DNA from: Trichoplax sp. H2
Taxonomy: Eukaryota
Reading direction: 5' to 3'
Assembly: GCA_003344405.1 (NCBI GenBank)
Contig: NOWV01000272.1
Coordinates: 54,087 to 74,086, forward strand
Length of the DNA: 20,000 bases
Shown piece after piece: positions 11,101-20,000 of the stretch (position 1 is its first letter; each line of letters begins with the position of its first letter). The notes below the pieces were generated by a model. It was not told where the DNA came from and did no database searches. It worked only from the letters and a program-made list of their open reading frames with translations. Position numbers and translations under genes: made by a program.

Positions 11101-12440
11101 TTACAAAGTGAATGTTGTTCAATTTAGTCCAACATTAGTATCATTTCTCACCTAAATTTTGACGGTCTTTGTAAATTATTTCCAGATACAGGTGGACAAA
11201 CATCGGGAACATGACCTGAGCTAATTCATACTATGACAAGTAAATAATCTTGTAAATATATGATATATGACTTTCAATGGAAGTTATGAAATTTATGTAA
11301 AGATGGGTATCGCAATAATTTGATTTGGTACACTCTTATGGGAACCTTATAAGGATCCAAGGAATTGTAAACAAAATCTTGCAAGCTAAATAAAAGAAAC
11401 CAGTAGCCCAACATTACATTAGATACAGTAAGAAGAGTGTCCATGGAATAAAGGTTCGGTAAAAAATTTATCAGATTTCATTCTAGTTCAAGATTTGTTT
11501 CACTGACCTCTCATAAAATCCAGCATAATTCTCTGGATTAGCATCACTGCAATAAATAAGTAAAGATATTTAGGCCTTTAGCATTGATAAAACTGCGTTG
11601 GCTAAATTGAATGAAGGTAGACTGAAGCATTTTCATGCATAATCAAAAGATATTTTTAAGAAGAATTAATCGGTTAGTATAGTACTGTAGTGAAGCTATC
11701 TTTCATGCTAACAAACTGTATTCAGCTAAGATAATTTCTTACCTGTTATAAGTTGCTAGTAAGTTGGCCAAGTCGGTCTCTTTATCGTTTGATTTTGAGT
11801 CTAATAGTGCTTTGGCATTTAACGATTGATTATCCTTTCGCAATTCTTCGTAGAATGCGCGTTCTGTTTCCTAATTATGTAAAATAACAGTTGCATTAGG
11901 GTTTTCTGGAGTTGATGTCTATCACCGCAAAATGCGTACTTCAAATATTGATTTGCTTCTTTTCATAGTGCTATATTATTAGTATTATAAAAGCGAGTAT
12001 AGTAGGATAAATGTTAATTAAGGTTACAGACGTTGGAAGATAATGCATAAACAAGCTGAAATGTAAAATTCTAGTCGATTTATTGTACAATATGTTATGA
12101 TTACTGGAGTTGCACAATTTAATTCTAATCCAATATGTAATGAAATGATTCAAGATTGAAGAAGAATCTTTAGTAGGAATTAATGGCAAGGAAATACCTT
12201 GATATACGTCGATTGGTATGAGCTTATAGCTGTATTATATAACGGCAATGAACTTTTTATACTATTGGCGATTATCAACATATGTATAATGTTGTAAAAT
12301 GGAATAAATGGCTCTACAATACAACTTACAATTAATTTATTTCTCTTGAGAAAGAGTAAGATACCCGATAATATCTTTTCATCGACATTTAATTCTTTCG
12401 TCGTCTTATCGTCGGTGTTTTTGTGATCAACATCCATCAT
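8143..12440 (-). CDS. TAF5: Transcription initiation factor TFIID subunit 5 (LisH-like NTD1, NTD2, WD40 repeats); 20 coding exons, 673 aa
   Basis: Exons (5'->3') 12440-12330, 11870-11743, 11546-11508, 11385-11346, 11230-11152, 10981-10858, 10771-10708, 10631-10577, 10476-10399, 10296-10193, 10124-10091, 9992-9926, 9849-9739, 9664-9381, 9303-9222, 9125-9014, 8922-8809, 8722-8545, 8471-8375, 8263-8143. All GT-AG and phase-consistent, total 2022 nt. TAF5 signatures: [142 protein letters not shown]. Confidence 0.95.
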
Positions 12441-13349
12441 AATGATCGTCTTTAGCAGGGTTGTCAGTGGATTTTTGAAGATGTCACAGTAAGGATGGTC
12501 GAATACGTATAACACTTGTCCTAGCTGTTATTGAGCAAATAAAAGCGATTATTACAATTTAGTACACCATTACAGTACTAATAAACTAGTCTAGTTTGTC
12601 ATTGATAAGATAACGTGATGCATTGGCAGCCTATTTCAATCCTATTCTAACATAACATTGTCCCTGGTTATTCTACGTAACAAGCAACGGTACATCATCA
12701 TCAATAATCCAATAGGTAGATGTAGAATAACAAAGATTTCCGATCAATACAGCAATAACATTCTCCTACAGTAAATTGTATGATGCCAAGAAAAGAGGAT
12801 CAGCCTATGCTTTGCAAATATGGCATTATGATGGTATTACATTCAACTTGATACCACGCTGATTTGCAATAGCGTGTAGCGATCGATCCTATCGACTTCC
12901 TATTGAATCAATCAACACGATAATACTCTCAAGCTAGTTGGGATGATCAATCGATGATATCGCAAGCAAGTCTGCAGAAGATTTCGGGCATTCCTATTGC
13001 CTCTCGAGCCATGCGATCATGCATCGATGACTACAGTAGAAGACTGCTTGGATCATGACTGTCCCGATGGATTGGACGACAAAGAAAGATGAAGACGCAT
13101 AATTTCAATGACTACTAGTCCCATTTCTATTCAATCTTACAATGATGGTAAAGGGGTGATCATGTCCTGCCAATCTTCACCCGTTTATTTCATTAATTTT
13201 CGGTTTATAAGAGAGAGAAAGAAGCTGCAAGCTAAGCAATCAGTCGCTACCAGGACTTGTCGATTTGAAGGATCCAGGCGCTACTTTATGCTTCTCCAGC
13301 CCGCTGGACCGCTTCTACAGTAAGTCCTCATCTTGATCAATCATTGTGC

Positions 13350-13747
13350 TATACAGTACAGTGTATTGTAGGGTTAGGATACGTACTGTAGTGGACTGGA
13401 CTGTACACTGTACTGTGGGTGATACAGTACTGTACATTATACACTGTAGCGGCATCACGTCCGTCAGGCGTCGGTAACGAGTACATGTGTCTGTCCGACT
13501 GTAGAGTATTATTCAAAATCATAAAGTAAGACAACAGGAAATCACTGAAACTGTACTGTACTGTGCACTGTGTAGTACTGTACAGTGTACAGTACTGTAA
13601 AACCAACCTAAGGGCGACTGTGATGTACTGTACTATGTACTGTAGCGGCATCACGTCCGTCAGGCGTCGGTAACGAGTACGCGTATCTGTCCGACTGTAG
13701 AGCATTATTCAAAAATCATAAAGTCAGACAACAGGAAATCAGTACAC
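13350..13747. repeat. CAGTA/TACTG-rich low-complexity tract containing a ~100 bp direct repeat at 196 bp spacing
   Basis: CTGTAGCGGCATCACGTCCGTCAGGCGTCGGTAACGAGTAC...GACAACAGGAAATCA at 13444 and 13640, separated by ACTGT/TACAG runs. The counterpart at 15490-15848 keeps one full copy and one half copy. Confidence 0.9.
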
Positions 13748-13779
13748 AAGTGCTAGATTAAATCCATTAAATATAAAAA

Positions 13780-14071
13780 AAATTATATTATATCAAGAAA
13801 TTGATAAAACTTATCAAGACAAAGGCGTCATTGATTATGAATCGGTCTCCGAATGACAATATCTAGATATGGATCTTAGTGAAGCGATACGAATGTATCC
13901 ACCTACATATGCAGTTAATTCCTATTCATAGTATTCATCACGATCCAGACTGCTGGCCTAATCCTAAGCAATTTAGACTAAAACAATTTACACCCGAAGA
14001 AAAACAGGCTCGCAATCCATCGTGTTATATGCCATTCGGTATGGGTCGTCGAAACTGTATCCGAATGAGAT
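13780..14071 (+). pseudogene. Decayed 3' fragment of the clan-3 cytochrome P450 (J/K helix to heme-binding region)
   Basis: Aligns to ~17363-17713 of the intact copy. Has in-frame TGA for TTA at ~13854, a frameshifting 65-nt deletion after ...GTTAAT, ETLR->EAIR, PERF->LKQF and FGMGPRNCIG->FGMGRRNCIR. No 5' half. Confidence 0.92.
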
Positions 14072-14340
14072 ATACAATATCATTGTTTAGAGCCCTGTAT
14101 ACTGTACTAGAAGAGTAAAAAAAGGCTCTTTTAGGCTTTACAGCACAAGCAGTTTTGAATTCTACATCTATTAACCTGATTTAAAAGTATTGTAGGCAAT
14201 TGAAATTATTTAAGATATCTCATATTTAGTAGTTCCTTATTGAAATACTGTAGTACAAATAAGTACAATACACCAGTAAAACGGCTTATAGCCCACAGTA
14301 TAGGATCATGTTCCTCCTAATAAGGTAGCTGAGAAGGTCA

Positions 14341-14370
14341 AACGGAACGTGACGGAAATGGGACGGAATT
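14341..14370. promoter_or_regulatory. Three ACGGAA (ETS-core-like) motifs at 10-11 bp spacing upstream of the P450 (same array at ~15975-16004)
   Basis: AACGGAACGTGACGGAAATGGGACGGAATT, with ACGGAA at 14342, 14352 and 14363, ~370 bp before the ATG. TATA-like TATTTATAAG at ~14602. Confidence 0.4.
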
Positions 14371-14723
14371 CCTAATTTGTGGAACGTACTGTAGTACGTA
14401 CAGTGCTGTACTAATTTGAATGAATACTGTACAGTATGGAACACTTACAATAAATGTACAGTACAGTACAGCACAGTACAGTAGTAAATGCTCACAGACT
14501 GTACGGTACAGTGTATTGTACTGTAGGATGACATCACTACTTAACTACTTAACAGCAATCCAAATAATTTCTGCAAATTTTAGATAGACTTGGACACAGC
14601 ATATTTATAAGATTTATTGACAACATACTCACCTACTGTACCGCACCTGTATACGAGTTGGATTCAAACCAATGTGAAGTGTTGAAACTTAAAAGTCAAA
14701 TTTAATCACCTAGTTGATGTGAA

Positions 14724-15290
14724 ATGGAACAAATCAGTAAAACCTTCGATGGCAATGCCTTGGTATCTACTGGGACACTGGCTATTATCGCCGTGACCTG
14801 TGCTGTCTATCTATTCTATACTAGCTATGTCATCCCTTTGAAATTATTCTCCAAGTCGGGTATTAAAGGACCTCCACCCACATTAATTGTGGGCAATCTA
14901 TCTGAATTTAGAAAGGGCTTACATGATAGCCTGGTGAATAACCGACGAAAGTATGGAAAAGTATTTGGTACTTTCTTAGGGACACAACCGACGTTATGGG
15001 TAGGAGATGTCGATATTCTCAAAATCGTTATGGTCAAAGAATTCCATCAATTCCCTGATCGAGTGGCATTAACAAAGACTTTACCTTATCCTATCAAACA
15101 CAGCGTTCTATTTGCTAGAGGTGAGGATTGGAAACGAATCAGGAGCATCTTAACAGCAACATTTAGCGCATCGAAATTGAAACAAATTTTTTATATAGTC
15201 GAGAGTGCGTGTAACAGATGCGTAGAGAAGTTAGAAGCTCTTAGTGAAAATGAAGAAATCGCTGACATGAAAGTTATTTACGGTAACTTA
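14724..15290 (+). CDS. Cytochrome P450 clan 3 (CYP3A-like), N-terminal 189 codons, truncated by an assembly gap
   Basis: TM anchor, GIKGPPP proline hinge and WKRIR C-helix motif; ~98% identical to 16370 onward. The frame is open up to the N-run, so completeness is unknown. Confidence 0.85.
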
Positions 15291-15310
15291 NNNNNNNNNN
15301 NNNNNNNNNN
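15291..15310. other. Assembly gap (20 N)
   Basis: Run of 20 n at the junction of the two duplicated blocks. Confidence 1.
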
Positions 15311-15848
15311 TGCCAATCTTCACCCGTTTATTTCATTAATTTTCGGTTTATAAGAGAGAGAAAGAAGCTGCAAGCTAAGCAATCAGTCGCTACCAGGACT
15401 TGTCGATTTGAAGGATCCAGGCGCTACTTTATGCTTCTCCAGCCCGCTGGACCGCTTCTAAGTCCTCATCTTGATCAATCATTGTGCTATACAGTACAGT
15501 GTATTGTAGGGTTAGGATACGTACTGTAGCGGACTGTACTGTACACTGTACTGTGGGTGATACAGTACAGTACAGTCGTACTGTACAGTATACTGTACAG
15601 TACGACTTTACAGTACTGTATGCTGTACTGTACTGTACAGTACAGTACAGTATTCAAAATCATAAAGTAAGACAACAGGAAATCACTGAAACTGTACTGT
15701 AAAACCAACCTAAGGGCGACTGTGATGTACTGTACTATGTACTGTAGCGGCATCACGTCCGCCAGGCGTCGGTAACAAGTACGTGTATCTGTCCGACTGT
15801 AGAGCATTATTCAAAAATCATAAAGTCAGACAACAGGAAATCAGTACA

Positions 15849-15868
15849 NNNNNNNNNNNNNNNNNNNN
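15849..15868. other. Assembly gap (20 N), probably hiding ~490 bp equivalent to 13748-14234
   Basis: Left flank matches up to 13747 and right flank matches from 14235. Confidence 0.95.
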
Positions 15869-16369
15869 CCTTATTGAAATACTGTAGTACAAATAAGTAC
15901 AATACACCAGTAAAACGGCTTATAGCCCACAGTATAGGATCATGTTCCTCCTAATAAGGTAGCTGAGAAGGTCAAACGGAACGTGACGGAAATGGGACGG
16001 AATTCCTAATTTGTGGAACGTACTGTAGTACGTACTGTACAGTACTGTACTGTACTAATTTGACTGAATACAGTATGGAACACTTGCAATAAATGTACAG
16101 TACAGTACAGTACAGTACTGTACAGTACGTACCGTACAGTAGTAAATGCTCACAGACTGTACGGTACAGTGTATTGTACTGTAGGATGACATCACTACTT
16201 AACTACTTAACAGCAATCGCAAATTTTAGATAGACTTGGACACAGCATATTTATAAGATTTATTTACAACATACTCACCTACTGTACCGCACCTGTATAC
16301 GAGTTGGATTCAAACCAATGTGAAGTGTTGAAACTTAAAAGCCAAATTTAATCACCTAGTTGATGTGAA

Positions 16370-17869
16370 ATGGAACAAATTAGTAAAGCCTTCGATGGCA
16401 ATGCCTTCATGTCTACTGGGACATTGGCTATTATCGCCGTGACCTGTGCTGTCTATCTATTCTATACTAGCTATGTCATCCCTTTGAAATTATTCTCCAA
16501 GTCGGGTATTAAAGGACCTCCACCCACATTAATTGTGGGCAATCTATCTGAATTTAGAAAGGGCTTACATGATAGCCTGGTGAATAACCGACAAAAGTAT
16601 GGAAAAGTATTTGGTACTTTCTTAGGGACACAACCGACGTTATGGGTAGGAGATGTCGATATTCTCAAAATCATTATGGTCAAAGAATTCCATCAATTCC
16701 CTGATCGAGAAGCATTAACAAAGACTTTACCTTATCCTATCAAACACAGCGTTCTATTTGCTAGAGGTGAGGATTGGAAACGAATCAGGAGCATCTTAAC
16801 AGCAACATTTAGCGCATCGAAATTGAAACAAATTTTTTATATAGTCGAGAGTGCGTGTAACAGATGCGTAGAGAAGTTAGAAGCTCTTAGTGAAAATGAA
16901 GAAATCGCTGACATGAAAGTTATTTACGGTAACTTAACTATGGAAGTAATCGTAGCATCAGCATTCGGAGTTCAACTTGAAAACGATCCTCGTGCAAGTA
17001 AATTAATTAACTATGCTAACAAAATATTTAATTCCGTACCCACAATACAATTCATTGTAGCTTTAATACCATCATTTCAACCATTCCTTCGATTTTTTCT
17101 CCGAGAGCGACAAGAATCGACTACTTATATAGCCAATACTGTAAAGGGAATTATACGTGAGCGTCGTGAATCCCTAAAGAACGGAACTCGTTGCAATCGA
17201 GATCTTCTTCAGTTAATGATCGAAGCTTCTGAAGATGGCAAAATGAGCGATGATGAGATCGTCGGTCAAGCATATATCTTCCTTATTGCCGGTTATGAAA
17301 CCACTGCTAATACATTAACTTATGCAACATACTTATTAGCAAATCATCCTGAAGTACAAGATAAATTATATAAAGAAATTGATAAAACATATCAAGACAA
17401 AGGTGTAATCGATTACGAATCGGTGTCCGAGTTACAATATCTAGACATGGTTCTTAGTGAAACACTACGCATATATCCACCGGCCCATGTAGTTAATCGG
17501 GGTGTTAGCAAAGATGTTACTATTAACGGCGTTAAACTTCTAAAATCAGTACCTGTTGGAATTCCTATTTACGGTATTCATCACGATCCAGACTACTGGC
17601 CTAATCCTGAGCAATTTAGACCAGAACGATTTACACCCGAAGAAAAACAAGCTCGTAATCCATCGTGTTATATGCCATTCGGTATGGGTCCTCGAAACTG
17701 TATCGGGATGAGATTAGCTTTAATTGAAGCAAAATTAGCTTTAGCAAAGGTAGTAAAAGCTGTAGAATTTAGTGCGATAGATAAAACAGAGATTCCTTTA
17801 AAACTGAAAGCAGGTGGAACATTATCACCGGCTAACCCGGTATATGTCGGAATTAAGAAGAGATTATAG
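16370..17869 (+). CDS. Complete intronless microsomal cytochrome P450, clan 3 (CYP3A-like), 499 aa
   Basis: Single ORF with N-terminal TM anchor, GIKGPPP, WKRIR, I-helix FLIAGYETT, K-helix ETLR, PERF and heme loop PFGMGPRNCIGMRLA. Confidence 0.97.
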   Translation: MEQISKAFDGNAFMSTGTLAIIAVTCAVYLFYTSYVIPLKLFSKSGIKGPPPTLIVGNLSEFRKGLHDSLVNNRQKYGKVFGTFLGTQPTLWVGDVDILKIIMVKEFHQFPDREALTKTLPYPIKHSVLFARGEDWKRIRSILTATFSASKLKQIFYIVESACNRCVEKLEALSENEEIADMKVIYGNLTMEVIVASAFGVQLENDPRASKLINYANKIFNSVPTIQFIVALIPSFQPFLRFFLRERQESTTYIANTVKGIIRERRESLKNGTRCNRDLLQLMIEASEDGKMSDDEIVGQAYIFLIAGYETTANTLTYATYLLANHPEVQDKLYKEIDKTYQDKGVIDYESVSELQYLDMVLSETLRIYPPAHVVNRGVSKDVTINGVKLLKSVPVGIPIYGIHHDPDYWPNPEQFRPERFTPEEKQARNPSCYMPFGMGPRNCIGMRLALIEAKLALAKVVKAVEFSAIDKTEIPLKLKAGGTLSPANPVYVGIKKRL

Positions 17870-19236
17870 ATTAATTACATATTATCAGTATAACTACAGT
17901 ATTATGCGTTAGAGCATTACATGTTGTGCTATAACTGGTATTCTCATATGGTAGTTCCGATTAATTAGTTACTATCACTAATATATCTAATTAGCTAATT
18001 GAGTCCAGACTGTTATGATTACGATCAGCTGACGCTGCTGTAGATTGTAAACTGTATTGTATGTTTTAATAACCATTATTTTTTATCGAATTCAGAGCTA
18101 GTGTAATTGATGATAATACTTTATCAAAAGCCCTCCAAATATTACACTGGTAATATACGGAAATATAGTCTTCAATATTTGAGCTTTTCAATAAAAATAA
18201 TGTTAAACATTGCGTATAAGGGCTCCAGGTTGATGGCTAACTATAATTAATTATTCGATATACACGTTTATGCAATATTTAATATTTTACTAGAAGTTGT
18301 TATGTTAATGCAAGACTGTATGCACTATATAGGCAGTAGAACAGTATTGCTAGTAGAACCAATCGCAACACTTTAGCTTCCATATACATTATTTCGTACT
18401 GGAAAGAGTAAAAGAGCTCTAAAATTAGGCTTTATTGCACGAGTAGTATTGAATCCTACATCTAGAAACTCTAAGCTGATTTAAATTAGGTATTAATTAT
18501 TATTAAATTATTCAAGATATCTATGCAAAATATTTTAACAGTTCCTTTCTCGCAATAGTATATAAATCGCTATGCATTGATTATACTGTACGATAATATA
18601 AAACTGAAATATTTATACTGTATAGAATACTATACGTATTACTTTGTCCCGATCACCTTCGTTCTGACCATATCATAATGTATACATTATTTTGGATATC
18701 TGTTATATGTTAAAGCTTAGTCTTAGCAGATCTCAGGCTATTTCTAAATGTACAGTATCTGTCTCAGAAATCCCTGACAGGCCTGACAGCGTGAGCCTTT
18801 CGTGAAACGCTGACTCTTCCGTTCATGAGGACTGTAGAATTTTTTCCTTTTACCTCTACTAGCTCATTACCCGCCACCTTACTGACGGTAACCCCAACCT
18901 AACAGTATTCATAATTAACAGTTATAGAAGATCGTAGATGCTATTTAAATTAGTACCAGTGATTTAGAAAACAGACACGGAAGATCTATACTAACTATAA
19001 GTAGCCATTTTACTGTCTCATTTGGTAAGAAACGTCCGTCTGCCCGAGGGATACTATAATAGTCCAGAACAGTACTGTACACTTCCTCTTAAACATTGCA
19101 CAGAACATACAGCACAGTACAGTACTGTATACGGTTCAGAAACGGTGGTGCTGGCCAAGTTAGAACTCGAATTTTTTTGCCTCTACCTGCTGCATACAAG
19201 CACAGAAATCAAATTTAATCACCTTGTTGATGTGAA

Positions 19237-20000
19237 ATGGAACAAATTAGTAAAACCTTCGATGGCAATGCCTTCATGTCTACTTGGACGTTGGCTATTA
19301 TCGCCGTGACCTGTGCTGTCTATCTATTCTATACTAGCTATGTTTCCCCTTTTAAGTTATTCTCCAAGTCGGGTATTAAAGGACCTCCACCCTCTATAAT
19401 TGTGGGCAATCTATCTGAATTTAGAAAGGGCTTACATGATAGTCTGGTGAATAACCGACAAAAGTATGGAAAAGTATTTGGTACTTTCTTAGGGACACGA
19501 CCGACGTTATGGATAGGAGATGTCGATATTCTCAAAATCATTATGGTCAAAGAATTCCATCAATTCCCTGATCGAGAAGCACTAATAAAGAAGTTGCCTT
19601 ACCCTTTCAAACACAGCGTTCTATTTACTAGTGGTGAGGATTGGAAACGAATCAGGAGCATCTTAACAGCAACATTTAGCGCATCGAAATTGAAACAAAT
19701 TTTTTATATAGTCGAGAGTGCGTGTAACAGATGCGTAGAGAAGTTAGAAGCTCTTAGTGAAAATGAAGAAATCGCTGACATGAAAGTTATTTACGGTAAC
19801 TTAACTATGGAAGTAATCGCAGCATCAGCATTCGGAGTTCAACTTGAAAACGATCCTCGTGCAAGTAAATTAATTAACTATGCTAACAAAATATTTGGTA
19901 CCGTACCCACAATACAATTCCTTTTAGTTTTAATGCCATCATTTCAACCATTCCTTCGATTTTTTCTCCGAGAGCGACAAGAATCGACTACTTATATAGC
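19237..20000 (+). CDS. Third clan-3 cytochrome P450 paralogue, intronless so far, truncated by the window end (absent from the ORF track)
   Basis: ATG at 19237 opens MEQISKTFDGNAFMSTWTLAIIAVTCAVYLFYTSYVSPFKLFSKSGIKGPPPSIIVGN..., colinear with the 16370 copy (offset 2867) without indels or stops to position 20000. Confidence 0.93.
   Translation, partial: MEQISKTFDGNAFMSTWTLAIIAVTCAVYLFYTSYVSPFKLFSKSGIKGPPPSIIVGNLSEFRKGLHDSLVNNRQKYGKVFGTFLGTRPTLWIGDVDILKIIMVKEFHQFPDREALIKKLPYPFKHSVLFTSGEDWKRIRSILTATFSASKLKQIFYIVESACNRCVEKLEALSENEEIADMKVIYGNLTMEVIAASAFGVQLENDPRASKLINYANKIFGTVPTIQFLLVLMPSFQPFLRFFLRERQESTTYI

Larger units (their letters stand above)
13168..16936 (+). repeat. Near-identical tandem segmental duplication (13168-15290 vs 15311-16936), interrupted by assembly gaps
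   Basis: 15311-15848 matches 13168-13747. 15869 onward matches 14235 onward, through the P450 5' flank and the first 567 coding nt. About 10 substitutions in the shared coding part by manual count; indels lie mostly in CAGTA repeats. Confidence 0.92.

Noticed and set aside
12940..13325. GC-richer stretch with short ORFs and a GTAAGT donor-like site at 13320
   Set aside because: No recognisable product, and the donor is destroyed by a 5-nt indel in the duplicate block; could be UTR but cannot be supported.
13349..15807. Y/T/V/Q/C-rich ORFs at 13349-13705 and 15484-15807
   Set aside because: Artefacts of the CAGTA/TACTG low-complexity repeats.
18787..18812. GCGTG (AhR/XRE core) within a weak CAGCGT...ACGCTG hairpin upstream of P450 copy 3
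   Set aside because: A single 5-mer and a 6-bp stem are expected by chance.
14825..19550. Recurring 70-aa antisense ORF in each P450 copy
   Set aside because: Shadow frame of the P450 coding strand, repeated only because the genes are near-identical.

Overview
AT-rich, intron-dense eukaryotic (animal) genomic DNA. The short GT-AG introns, CAGTA/TACTG-rich spacers and intronless clan-3 P450s suggest an early-branching metazoan such as the placozoan Trichoplax (inference only). Contents in order: (1) the probable first coding exon of a La/SSB-type gene on the minus strand, running off the left edge; (2) a 10-exon ING-family PHD-finger gene (+, 3103-7034, 256 aa); (3) a convergent 20-exon TAF5 gene (-, 12440-8143, 673 aa); (4) a tandem cluster of intronless CYP3-clan cytochrome P450s: a decayed 3' remnant, a gap-truncated copy, one complete 499-aa copy and a third copy cut by the window end. 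Two 20-N assembly gaps sit inside a near-identical duplication that may be a haplotype artefact. There are also several tandem repeats. I found no convincingly new biological system. The best leads are P450 paralogue divergence concentrated in substrate-recognition regions, an ING1/2-like protein with ING4/5-like exon structure, and a candidate alternative first exon for ING. All gene models were spliced by hand, with no database searches.
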